A program made the translations under genes and the position numbers. DNA of 61,715 nucleotides from a virus (taxonomy: Duplodnaviria > Caudoviricetes). The stretch is taken from the IMG/VR virus record IMGVR_UViG_3300021961_007533, positions 1 to 61,715 of that record; one strand, 5' to 3'. Numbering within the stretch: position 1 is the stretch's first letter; each line of letters opens with the position of its first letter. The notes below the pieces were generated by a model that was given only the letters and a program-made list of their open reading frames with translations, made no database searches and was not told where the DNA came from. Below, in pieces: positions 28,347 through 37,694 of the stretch.

Positions 28347-29208
28347 TTAAAGATATTGTCTTAAAGTCAGGAAGTAAATTCTTAAGTTTATCAATTGATA
28401 CATCTTTTCTATATTGACCATCAGGTTTTGTTGAGTCGAAAATAATTTTGGTTTTGGGTAATCCACAAGAATTTAAAGCAATTTCAGCAATCCCCTTTAT
28501 TGATAAGTTATCTTCTGTTGCTACATTAAAATTTTCGTATATACCTCTTTCTAAACACTCATTAATAACCCAGGCTAAGTCATCTGAATGTATAAACTGC
28601 CTTAAAGGATTACCAGTACCAAATAATTCTAACTGATTACTACCTTCTTCCTCCATTTTAACTATTTTCTTAACTAAGGCAGCAATAAAATGACTATTCT
28701 TCCCAAATTTATCGTTCTCACCATATAAGTTACAAGGTATTAGGTATTGATATTTGGTTCCATATTGTTCGTTACAAGCGTCAATGTGTACAGCCAAACA
28801 TCTTTTAGCGTAACCATATGAGAAGTTTGTTGGGGTGGGTGGTCCTTGATGTAACATCTCTTCAGTCATTGGATATTCCTCTACTTTATTGGGGTAAATA
28901 CAAGTACTTAATATACCAATAAACCTTTTAACACCTGTAATTCTAGACCACTTAACTATATTAGTGTTCATTTGTATGTTATCTACAAAATACGTATCAG
29001 GGTTTTCTATGTTATCAATAATACCACCAACCTTAGCTGCTAAATGTATAACAACATCAAAATTGTTTCTACTCATTAATAAGGCTACTTCATTTTCATT
29101 GGTTAAATCACAATCTTTAGAGGATAGGTATGTGGCGTTAGGTAAAAACTTTTTTAAAGACTTACCAACCATTCCAGATCCACCAGTAACTAAAATCTTT
29201 TTACTCAT
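28306..29208 (-). CDS. fcl: GDP-L-fucose synthase family epimerase/reductase (Fcl / ColC)
   Basis: VTGGSGMVG, HLAAKVGGI, STCIYP, YGYAK, PCNLYGEND, SHFIAAL, PLRQFIHSDD. Confidence 0.88.
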   Translation of the reverse strand: MSKKILVTGGSGMVGKSLKKFLPNATYLSSKDCDLTNENEVALLMSRNNFDVVIHLAAKVGGIIDNIENPDTYFVDNIQMNTNIVKWSRITGVKRFIGILSTCIYPNKVEEYPMTEEMLHQGPPTPTNFSYGYAKRCLAVHIDACNEQYGTKYQYLIPCNLYGENDKFGKNSHFIAALVKKIVKMEEEGSNQLELFGTGNPLRQFIHSDDLAWVINECLERGIYENFNVATEDNLSIKGIAEIALNSCGLPKTKIIFDSTKPDGQYRKDVSIDKLKNLLPDFKTISLSEGIKKVYDKISK

Positions 29209-29962
29209 TTGTACTATTTTTAATAAATTCTAGATAATCGACATAAGGAAAAATTCCATTAACTCTTGACCCATCGGTACATGAGTTAATATTAACTTTA
29301 ATTCTCTTTCCTAGCTTAGCTATATTTTGATATGGCGACAAGTCATTACCAGCAACACCGGTTAAATTACTTTTAGAGGTCATATGACCCTTTCCATGGT
29401 AATTACTAATATAATGGTTTGGATCATTATCTGATGTGAATATCACCTTTGGTTTACCTTTATGCTCTCCTTCGGTATAAACACCATCAACCCTAACGTC
29501 TATTCTTGGGGCATATCTGGCGTCAACACCAACTAACCCTATGTTGTCATAACCCAACATAATTGCTATTTGTATTACATATGCTGTAACACTGTATTGT
29601 ATTGGTAGATTGTTAATTTTATTTGGTATTTTATTTTCCCACTCATTAAACTTAACGTAACTACCAAATCCAGTAACCACACTAACTCGTTCATCATCAA
29701 TTTGAGCAAACTTAAAATCGTCTTTAAGATCACATAGGAAAAATTTCTTAATGTATTTATTAGTCTTAACCAACTCCTTAATATCATCAACTAAAAACCT
29801 AGTAGAATTACCATCGATAATACAGTAATATGTTGGACTAAAGCCCCATTCATCATAAGACATAAACGCACCATTAACTGAGAATGTATCGATACCTTTT
29901 AATTTATCAATATCTATTTTATTCAACGATGGACCATTACCCATTATTATACAACTCTTCAT
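29201..29962 (-). CDS. Sialyltransferase-fold protein (GT42/Maf/DUF115-like)
   Basis: IIMGNGPSLNKID start and QIAIMLGYDNIGLVGVD, as in CstII-type and Maf proteins. Confidence 0.65.
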   Translation of the reverse strand: MKSCIIMGNGPSLNKIDIDKLKGIDTFSVNGAFMSYDEWGFSPTYYCIIDGNSTRFLVDDIKELVKTNKYIKKFFLCDLKDDFKFAQIDDERVSVVTGFGSYVKFNEWENKIPNKINNLPIQYSVTAYVIQIAIMLGYDNIGLVGVDARYAPRIDVRVDGVYTEGEHKGKPKVIFTSDNDPNHYISNYHGKGHMTSKSNLTGVAGNDLSPYQNIAKLGKRIKVNINSCTDGSRVNGIFPYVDYLEFIKNSTNE

Positions 29963-30777
29963 TCCTTAATTTTTTTATAAACCCATTCATCCGGTAATAA
30001 GAATTCCTTAGCCTTAGCAAGGTTAGCCTTGATATATGGTAGCATTTCATTATATCTTTCTTCTGTTAAACTATTAACTAAACCTAGTACATTTGAGATG
30101 TCTTCAATATTATCAACAATAATAAAGCCTCTAGTGTCGAAGAAATCACCTATTGATGGACAACCCCAATATATTGGGACAGTTCCAGTTACTAAACAAT
30201 CGATAAGTTTTTCAGTAAACCAATAATCACGTTTACAGTTTTCAATAACAATATGGAACATATAATCTTTAAGACCATCTAATTTATAAACTAATGGATT
30301 GTACTTTCTACCATATACATCAAAATTAGTTAGGTGTCTATGTGTACTAATTACTTGATGTCTTAACTTATGACCGCTAGTTTCGGTCTTGTTAGATGCT
30401 ATGATACTAATAAATTTTGACTTTGGCCACATTCTTTGGTCTTCTAGTTTAATCCAACAACAACCAAATGGAACAAAAGTATATGGACTACCTAAGTCTA
30501 GTAATGTTTTTTCGTGTGTAAAAACCTTATAAAAAAAATGTTCATTTTGTTTAATTATACTATAATTTTTAGGTGAAATATCAACAGGCTCTATTAACCA
30601 CGCATAGTTTTTACCAATATCGTTTTTTTTAACAAGATTAAGAGTCATATCGGTATAAACTATATCACCACTAATGTTATTTCTATCCCACACAAACTGT
30701 TTTGATGTTTGAAAGTCGCTACAGTACCCTAATTTCGAATGACTAAAAGATTTATCAACAATACTTATTTTATCCAT
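29959..30777 (-). CDS. Glycosyltransferase family 10 (alpha-1,3/4-fucosyltransferase-like)
   Basis: YMFHIVIEN...YWFTEKLIDC...GTVPIYWG GT10 signature. Confidence 0.85.
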   Translation of the reverse strand: MDKISIVDKSFSHSKLGYCSDFQTSKQFVWDRNNISGDIVYTDMTLNLVKKNDIGKNYAWLIEPVDISPKNYSIIKQNEHFFYKVFTHEKTLLDLGSPYTFVPFGCCWIKLEDQRMWPKSKFISIIASNKTETSGHKLRHQVISTHRHLTNFDVYGRKYNPLVYKLDGLKDYMFHIVIENCKRDYWFTEKLIDCLVTGTVPIYWGCPSIGDFFDTRGFIIVDNIEDISNVLGLVNSLTEERYNEMLPYIKANLAKAKEFLLPDEWVYKKIKE

Positions 30778-31783
30778 TTAAATAATCTTTTAATATTTCT
30801 TTAATTATATTTGGGTTTTCTTGTGTTAGAAACATATTACCAAGACCTTTGGTTAAAACTAACCCAAAAGTTAGGTCTATGTTTTTCTTGTCTTTACTTA
30901 AAGCATTCATCATATCATCTAATTCGATATGTGGTAATTCCTTTATTTTATGTACGTACTTTAAAACATCGTACATTTCATCGTACTCTTCTTTATTTAT
31001 ATACCCTAGACTCATTGAAACGTAGTTAGACATATCCATACCATATGAAACAGCAATTCCATGTGGAATATCATAACTTGTTATCGACTCAATTGCATGA
31101 CCAAAAGAATGTCCATAATTAAAAACACGTCTAGGGCCAATATCAAATTCATCAATCTCAACCATACGTTTTTTAATTTTTAAACTATGTTGTATTAGTG
31201 ATTTTACGTCAAGTTGATCTATATTGAATAAATAATCTCTAAAAAAGTCAAATGACTCTTTACCATCTATAAAAAAATAATGCGCCATTTCACCTATACC
31301 TGAATACGTTTGTAGTGTTGTTAGAGTTTTTAGAAAATTAGTATCTATTATGATTTTATGTGGTGGATAAAATCCGCCTATTTGATTTTTATACTCACCA
31401 AAATTTATAGATGTCTTACCTCCAATACAACTATCACCTTGAGCTAATAATGTTGTTGGGAAGAAAACCCATTTAACACCTCTATAAAGAATTGAGGATA
31501 TAAAACCTGATATATCTTGTACCACGCCACCACCTATTGCTATAATTTTATTGTTCTTTCTAAACCCACATTCAATAATATTATTAATTATTGATGTTAT
31601 GTAACTATATTCTTTACTACGTTCAGTGGCGTCTACAACAAATTTTGGGTTGTCTTGTATAACTTTCCAAAAATCACCTAATAGATTACCATCAACAATT
31701 ATATAATCACCTTTATCCACTTCTATATCATTTATAGAACCAAACTCAACCATATAATTATGTACACTAGATTTTATTTCCAT
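30770..31783 (-). CDS. AroB / 3-dehydroquinate-synthase-like sugar phosphate cyclase
   Basis: GGGVVQD, PTTLLAQGDSCIGGKTSIN, KNQIGGFYPP, NYGHSFGHAIE, HGIAV; EMAH in place of the usual ExxK. Confidence 0.85.
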   Translation of the reverse strand: MEIKSSVHNYMVEFGSINDIEVDKGDYIIVDGNLLGDFWKVIQDNPKFVVDATERSKEYSYITSIINNIIECGFRKNNKIIAIGGGVVQDISGFISSILYRGVKWVFFPTTLLAQGDSCIGGKTSINFGEYKNQIGGFYPPHKIIIDTNFLKTLTTLQTYSGIGEMAHYFFIDGKESFDFFRDYLFNIDQLDVKSLIQHSLKIKKRMVEIDEFDIGPRRVFNYGHSFGHAIESITSYDIPHGIAVSYGMDMSNYVSMSLGYINKEEYDEMYDVLKYVHKIKELPHIELDDMMNALSKDKKNIDLTFGLVLTKGLGNMFLTQENPNIIKEILKDYLNG

Positions 31784-32463
31784 TACATATTAATTGTATA
31801 TCCACCATCAACCACTATGTTTTGTCCTGTAACATACGTGTTTAAGTCACTAACAAAAAAACTAACTAAATTTGCTATATCCTCCACTTCGCCAAACCGG
31901 TTCATAGGGATTCTTTCAACTAGGTAGTCTTTATCTGATTGAGTTAACATTGAATCGGTTAATTCTGTATTGGTAAATCCTGGTGATATAGAATTAACTA
32001 AAATACCATATGGTGCCAAATCACAAGCCATAGTTCTAGTCATACCATTTAAACCACTTTTAGATGTGGTATAGGACAATCTTCCTTGGGAAGAACCAGT
32101 TCCTTTTATTGATGATATGTTTACTATTCTACCATACCCTCTTTTTTTCATACCCTCACAAACAACTTGAGTCACTCTAAAAGGTCCATATAGGTTAACT
32201 TTCTGTACTTTGTCGAAATCTTCGTAAGAAACATCACCGATAAAATTATTAATACATATACCAGCGTTGTTTACTAATATATCAATATCAGTGTCTTTGA
32301 TTTTATCTAAGAAGTTTTTAGTGGATTCTTCATTTGAAAAATCCACTTCACTAGTACTAGTTCGTATAACTTTAGCACCATAAGATTCTAGTTTATCACT
32401 AATGGCTTTACCTATGCCTCTAGAACCACCAGTTACTAACGCCTTTTTTCCATTTAAATTCAT
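31783..32463 (-). CDS. Classical SDR oxidoreductase (FabG-like)
   Basis: TGGSRGIG, LVNNAG, YTTSK, NSISPG, TGQNIVVDGG. Confidence 0.9.
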   Translation of the reverse strand: MNLNGKKALVTGGSRGIGKAISDKLESYGAKVIRTSTSEVDFSNEESTKNFLDKIKDTDIDILVNNAGICINNFIGDVSYEDFDKVQKVNLYGPFRVTQVVCEGMKKRGYGRIVNISSIKGTGSSQGRLSYTTSKSGLNGMTRTMACDLAPYGILVNSISPGFTNTELTDSMLTQSDKDYLVERIPMNRFGEVEDIANLVSFFVSDLNTYVTGQNIVVDGGYTINM

Positions 32464-33077
32464 TACTTAGTTGGGTTTCTATCAATACTTTCCGCGGCAC
32501 CTTTTCTCACTACCTCATCTTTTATTGATGGGCATTGTGCGCCACAAGCATGAATTAAATCATAAAATAATATTAAAGTAAGTACCTCAACAGTATGAAA
32601 ATACTTACATTCTAAATTTATTTCATTAACTTTTTCTGGGAGTACTTGACTTTTAGCGCCAGATATTAAAGCCGATTTAAAACCATTTTTTTTTGCCCAA
32701 TGTAAACAAGATATTACATTCTTAGAGTTGCCTGAACAAGATAATGCAATAATCATAACTTTTTTACCATCCATTTTCCCTGTCTGTTTTGCTAAATCTA
32801 ACCAATTAAGGAATAGGTTATTATAACCATAATCGTTAGCAATACTAGTAATCAAACATTGACTTTCCATTGTGGAAATATGTTTCTTAATACCAGCTTT
32901 TGCAAAAAGTCTTGTACAGTCATCCGCCGCATGATTACCAACCGCCCATAATCCACCATTAGCGACTATATAAATGTCATCGCATTCATTAAAATCCTTT
33001 ACAAATTTTTCCCACTCTTTTGTTGTTAATGTTTTTTCGAATTTTTCTTCAATATTTTCAAAATCAATATTTGACAT
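32463..33077 (-). CDS. SIS-domain sugar-phosphate isomerase, GmhA-like (divergent)
   Basis: ANGG...H, TSIANDYGY, SCSGNSKNV motifs. Confidence 0.75.
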   Translation of the reverse strand: MSNIDFENIEEKFEKTLTTKEWEKFVKDFNECDDIYIVANGGLWAVGNHAADDCTRLFAKAGIKKHISTMESQCLITSIANDYGYNNLFLNWLDLAKQTGKMDGKKVMIIALSCSGNSKNVISCLHWAKKNGFKSALISGAKSQVLPEKVNEINLECKYFHTVEVLTLILFYDLIHACGAQCPSIKDEVVRKGAAESIDRNPTK

Positions 33078-33139
33078 AATAATTATTTTTTATAATTATA
33101 ATTATAATTATATTTTTTTTAATTTAAAGTTTTTATTTA

Positions 33140-34321
33140 TTATTTTACATATACATGTGCCATTTCTTTTCCACCACAAGCTAATCTAACACCAGGTTCA
33201 TCACTAATACAAGAAATAATGTGTACAGTTCCTTTAGGTAAAAATACTAAATTACCTGATTTTGCGACTATTATTTTATCGGGACTTCCTTTTGGGTTTT
33301 CTCTATTGTACCATAATTTATATTCAAACTCACCCCTATAGATAACCCACCATTCATCTTTAGTGGGATGATAATGTTTTCTACAACCTTTACCTTTAGA
33401 TTGTCTTATAAAAGCGATTTGATCATTATCGGTATAAACTACAGGGTAACACCAATCATCATCACCTAGTTTTTTTTCTATCTCATCTAAATCCATTAAG
33501 GTTTCATTATGACCTAATACATCTTCTGATGGTATTGGTGATCCGTCTAACGCTATTAAATCAACTAAAGCAGATTCAATAGAAGTTATATTATTATGGT
33601 AATAAAATTTACCAACACTATCTTTTCTTTTTCTATGATTTAAACAAGCTTCTGCAATGTACAATTCATCCATTGTGTCTACATCTATAGCCTCTATTTT
33701 ACTTATAGGGAAGTACCCAAATTCCCCACAAAAAGTAGGCCCTGTTTCATATTCTTTTATAAAAGTTTCTTTTTTCCACCCTGTCATTGCCCAGCAAATA
33801 GAATCTACTGGTGATAATGACTGTGTTTCTTGTTTTTTCTTAGGGTTAAAATTTATGGGTTTACCATCCATAAAACTCTCAGAGTATGTTTGTTCTGTCG
33901 TTACTAGAGAATCGTAATATTCTAGTTTTTTAGAAAAATTATATATTGTTTTAGGTTCTAACAATGGCGATGTTGTGTGTACTTGTATTATGTAATCACA
34001 TTCTATATTCTTAATAAAATCATAAAGAAAATGATCATGTATTGTACATCTATTACCACCACAATCCTTAGAATTATTTATCATAGTACATTTAGAACCA
34101 CCATTTTTTTCATCTCTATAATAAAACTTAACACCTAATTCTTTGGCTATTTGTTTAAAAATTAAGCTATCTGAATTAATATATATTTCATCAAAAGCTT
34201 CTGATTTTTTACAAGACTTTACAACATAGTATATTAATGGGAAACCGTCAACTAACATTAGGTTTTTGTTAGGTACTCTAGTACTATTTAATAACGCTGG
34301 TATTACTGCGACTTTTTTCAT
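33140..34321 (-). CDS. CMP-ulosonate synthetase-like cytidylyltransferase (NeuA/KdsB family) fused to a C-terminal cupin
   Basis: VIPALLNSTRVPNKNL, YINSDS, TTSPLL, EAIDVDT; cupin motifs HYHPTKDEWW and PKGTVH. Confidence 0.8.
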   Translation of the reverse strand: MKKVAVIPALLNSTRVPNKNLMLVDGFPLIYYVVKSCKKSEAFDEIYINSDSLIFKQIAKELGVKFYYRDEKNGGSKCTMINNSKDCGGNRCTIHDHFLYDFIKNIECDYIIQVHTTSPLLEPKTIYNFSKKLEYYDSLVTTEQTYSESFMDGKPINFNPKKKQETQSLSPVDSICWAMTGWKKETFIKEYETGPTFCGEFGYFPISKIEAIDVDTMDELYIAEACLNHRKRKDSVGKFYYHNNITSIESALVDLIALDGSPIPSEDVLGHNETLMDLDEIEKKLGDDDWCYPVVYTDNDQIAFIRQSKGKGCRKHYHPTKDEWWVIYRGEFEYKLWYNRENPKGSPDKIIVAKSGNLVFLPKGTVHIISCISDEPGVRLACGGKEMAHVYVK

Positions 34322-34349
34322 TTTTAAGTGTATTGTATATGTTGATTTT

Positions 34350-35132
34350 TTATAAAAATAAATTTTTGGTTAGATACTTATCTAGCTTTATTATTTCCTT
34401 ATTTTCGTTATATAATTTTTTAAAATATTCTATTTGGGGTTTTTGTTTATGTATTTTATGTGCATGACTATCTTTATCTATATTTTGACCAGAACTTTCT
34501 ACCGAATCTTTATAGTCATCATAGTAAATATCACCAAACTTACCCATATTATAAAACGTTAAACCGGCAACGTAGAGTTCCTTTATATTATAGTTCATTA
34601 AAAAAATAATACCCATTAACCCACTATTTGGCACAGTCCCAACGTCTTTAAACACCTTATAGATATATCTATCATTTAGTCTTGTAGAATTTACACCATC
34701 CCTAATTAATTTCTCAAAGAAATTAATTTTAGGTTGATAGTTAGAACTAGGCATAACCCCTATAATGTGTTGAAAAGACTTTATATATTCATAATTTTTA
34801 TCGCACTCTTTAATGTTTTCACTATTAAAACTACCTATTAGTATGTCATTTCTAGATCCGTAATCTTTTTCATTTTTGGTTGAAAGTTTAAATTTTTGAT
34901 TTACTCTTACCACAACATCATATGAGTCTATTAGATTACCATCACCCAAACCAATTAAGGATGGTGCTGGACCCACTAACGCAACTCTTTTATTTGTTAC
35001 AATATTTTCTATATTAGGGATTTTAGTGTGTTCCATAAACCCATTTACATCTTTAATTAAAGAATGATTGGGTGTACCTGGTTCTATAGTTATTGAATCC
35101 CACTTATTCATTTTTTCATATAGTTTACCCAA
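34350..35132 (-). CDS. GT29-like sialyltransferase-fold glycosyltransferase
   Basis: Sialylmotif-L-like VALVGPA...IDSYDVVVRVN, S-like PNSGLMGI...GLTFY, C-terminal His. Confidence 0.65.
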   Translation of the reverse strand: MGKLYEKMNKWDSITIEPGTPNHSLIKDVNGFMEHTKIPNIENIVTNKRVALVGPAPSLIGLGDGNLIDSYDVVVRVNQKFKLSTKNEKDYGSRNDILIGSFNSENIKECDKNYEYIKSFQHIIGVMPSSNYQPKINFFEKLIRDGVNSTRLNDRYIYKVFKDVGTVPNSGLMGIIFLMNYNIKELYVAGLTFYNMGKFGDIYYDDYKDSVESSGQNIDKDSHAHKIHKQKPQIEYFKKLYNENKEIIKLDKYLTKNLFL

Positions 35133-35728
35133 ACATAATTATATTCATATGTTGGTATGAATGACTCCCTTATCACAGTTTCAATTAGAACCTTTCTATT
35201 ATCATAGTCTTTACCATACCTATGAAATTGTATTTGTAGATTGTTAAAAATGGATAAATTATTACCTTCAATAAGACCCTCTAAAATGTTATACTCCTCA
35301 CCCTCAACATTTAATTTCATTAAATCGACTTTACTTAGGTTTAATTTTTTTAATGTCTGATTAATATCAACAAGTTTAATAGTTTCTTTTGTACCATTAT
35401 TAGTATAAATAGATGACGCATCATTCTCTATCGAAATATCAACACTCCTATCCATATTGGATAGACCATAGTTGTGAACATACACCTTATCGTTACCATT
35501 AAATTTTTCCTTTATTATGTCATAAAACTTTTTAACAGGCTCAAAAATATGAATTGTACATTTATACTTTTCAAATATGTCGCTTGCCCATTCACCTTTA
35601 TAACCACCGCCATCGATAACTATTGAGTTTTCATTTAGATTATAATTTAACCTAAGTGTTTTATCTCCATTATTTAATTTCCATTGTTCTACTAACTTGT
35701 GATGATTCATAATTAAAGTTTTATCCAC
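35108..35728 (-). CDS. FkbM-family SAM methyltransferase
   Basis: VIDGGGYKG, IFEP, DLMKLNVEGEEY, QIQFH. Confidence 0.85.
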   Translation of the reverse strand: MDKTLIMNHHKLVEQWKLNNGDKTLRLNYNLNENSIVIDGGGYKGEWASDIFEKYKCTIHIFEPVKKFYDIIKEKFNGNDKVYVHNYGLSNMDRSVDISIENDASSIYTNNGTKETIKLVDINQTLKKLNLSKVDLMKLNVEGEEYNILEGLIEGNNLSIFNNLQIQFHRYGKDYDNRKVLIETVIRESFIPTYEYNYVWVNYMKK

Positions 35729-36483
35729 CCATCTGGATATAAGTCTTTTGTTGGTAAATTATTTTTTGCATTACCAAACCATATACGTGGGATTATTATT
35801 TTTTTATTTTTGTTTTTATTTAACCAGGCGCCCCACCATGAAAATGTTGAGTTCGCTATAATATTGTTGTCACATAAACTCATTAAATATATATCAATAT
35901 AATCTTTTTCGTTTTCTATAAAAACAAAGTTATTACCTTTAAAATTTTTTTTACACCAACCAATATCATCTGAAAAAACTAAAAAAGTATGATCATTACC
36001 AATAATATTAATCGCACTTTTATAATAATCAATGGCACATATTGGGTGATGATTTTGTAGATTTAAATAGTCTCCACGTCTAACATGTATCGAACAAGTT
36101 TTTTTATTAAGGATGTCTTTATATTTGTTATTAATATAAGACAAATCGTTATCTGTTGCCGAAAATAAATCTATAATTAAGTTTCTATTATGTAAAAAGT
36201 ACTTTTCAGACTGGAAGTAACCATTTAGTTTTGTATTATCTCTTATTGAGATTTTTTTATAGCTAAATTCTGGTTCAGTATATAAAAATTCTTGGGTAAA
36301 ACTAAGGTCAAATTTTAATTTCCTAAAGACATTATTTTTATAGTAGTTAATGCTATTATGTTTTTTTAAATAATTTTTTGTACTAAATGTTATGTCAAAT
36401 CCATAATCCTTAGATAGTGAATAAGTTGTCGCAATCTGAAACATATAATTACCTAACCCACCCTGTAAATAACAACTAATCAT
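35713..36483 (-). CDS. Glycosyltransferase family 11 (alpha-1,2-fucosyl/colitosyltransferase)
   Basis: GGLGNYMFQ, GYFQSEKYF, SIHVRRGDY, FSDD, IIANSTFSWWGAWL. Confidence 0.92.
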   Translation of the reverse strand: MISCYLQGGLGNYMFQIATTYSLSKDYGFDITFSTKNYLKKHNSINYYKNNVFRKLKFDLSFTQEFLYTEPEFSYKKISIRDNTKLNGYFQSEKYFLHNRNLIIDLFSATDNDLSYINNKYKDILNKKTCSIHVRRGDYLNLQNHHPICAIDYYKSAINIIGNDHTFLVFSDDIGWCKKNFKGNNFVFIENEKDYIDIYLMSLCDNNIIANSTFSWWGAWLNKNKNKKIIIPRIWFGNAKNNLPTKDLYPDGWIKL

Positions 36484-36485
36484 AA

Positions 36486-37106
36486 CTATTTAAATAACCA
36501 TCTATTATCCATAAATTTATTTTCAATGTCACTATAACTAGGTCGTTGGGTCGCAATATTAGGGTAGAACCCATAACAATTAAATGATTTTTGTAAATCA
36601 CAATAATAAACATCTATAGGTTTTTTCTTTTTAGATATTAATTTTGGGATAACATCAAACATAGATTTATTTATTATTACTGCGTGTGTCGCATACGTAG
36701 AGTGTAGTTTAATTATCTTATCGTTAATCTTATTAACTAATTTACCCATATGTAAATTATGGTTACCACCTAGCCAAACCATATCGTAATCTTTAGGGAG
36801 TTGATTATAATAGTCCGCAAAAAGATCTATATTTTTAGTAAATTCAACATCATCTTCTAATATTAAAATATTATCATAGTTCTTCTCTTTAGCGTCATTA
36901 ATAATTTTAATATTAGTTTCTATCAAACCAACATTACCTAAACTAATTGGGTATTCACCTATTATATCACTCCCATCAATAGCGCTATACCTCTCAACTT
37001 GATTTAATAATCCCCATTTATTTAATTCATTAACTGTCTCGTCCCAGCGATCTTTTCTCCGGTCTAAATTTATACAGTATATCTTATCAAAATATTTATT
37101 CAACAT
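36486..37106 (-). CDS. Glycosyltransferase family 25
   Basis: YCINLDRRKDRW, AIDG, LILEDD, THA, PIDVY. Confidence 0.85.
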   Translation of the reverse strand: MLNKYFDKIYCINLDRRKDRWDETVNELNKWGLLNQVERYSAIDGSDIIGEYPISLGNVGLIETNIKIINDAKEKNYDNILILEDDVEFTKNIDLFADYYNQLPKDYDMVWLGGNHNLHMGKLVNKINDKIIKLHSTYATHAVIINKSMFDVIPKLISKKKKPIDVYYCDLQKSFNCYGFYPNIATQRPSYSDIENKFMDNRWLFK

Positions 37107-37107
37107 A

Positions 37108-37680
37108 TTAAAAACCTACTTTATAATAAATTTCATCTGTTACAATAAAATTATTTGTTTTATTTAAAATTTCCATTACAACATCAAAGTCCTCACCATC
37201 TCTATTGTTTCTAAATCTTAATCCCTCATCTAAAAATTTCCTTTTAAATGAGACTGAAATACCAACATTACCAAAATACAATCTATTATCGTTAAGTCTA
37301 GGAATTATTAAATCTCTTTTATAATACTTCATCCTCCAAATAACTAAATCTAAATCCTTATACTTAGATAGTAATGTCTCAACGTATTTTGGTTCTATGG
37401 TATCATCATCATCCAAAAACCCAACCCAATTAGTATCACATATATCTAGACCATAATTTCTAACTAACCCAGATTGACCATGGTTACGACCAAATTCACC
37501 AGTCTTATTTATCTTAACAACTTTAATTTTTTCAGAAGAGTAATCATAATCTGGATTAACACCATCAAAAATAATAATAGCAAACCACCTATCACTTGTT
37601 TGGTTATTTAAAGAGTCTATTGTTCTTTTTAATGTTTCCCTATTAATAGATGGTATTATGAATGTAATTGAATCTTCCAT
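37108..37680 (-). CDS. Glycosyltransferase family 2
   Basis: TFIIPS, RNYGL, FLDDDD, EDFD. Confidence 0.8.
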   Translation of the reverse strand: MEDSITFIIPSINRETLKRTIDSLNNQTSDRWFAIIIFDGVNPDYDYSSEKIKVVKINKTGEFGRNHGQSGLVRNYGLDICDTNWVGFLDDDDTIEPKYVETLLSKYKDLDLVIWRMKYYKRDLIIPRLNDNRLYFGNVGISVSFKRKFLDEGLRFRNNRDGEDFDVVMEILNKTNNFIVTDEIYYKVGF

Positions 37681-37694
37681 GTTACAAATAAATT

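Noticed and set aside
30770-31783. Canonical aroB as a shikimate-pathway auxiliary metabolic gene
   Set aside because: No other aro genes, embedded among glycan genes, and an altered EMAH motif; kept only as an AroB-like cyclase
33071-33110. TTGACA followed by (TATAAT)x3 as an antisense sigma70 promoter
   Set aside because: Spacers are 14 or 20 nt rather than about 17, and the hexamer run is AT-only low complexity
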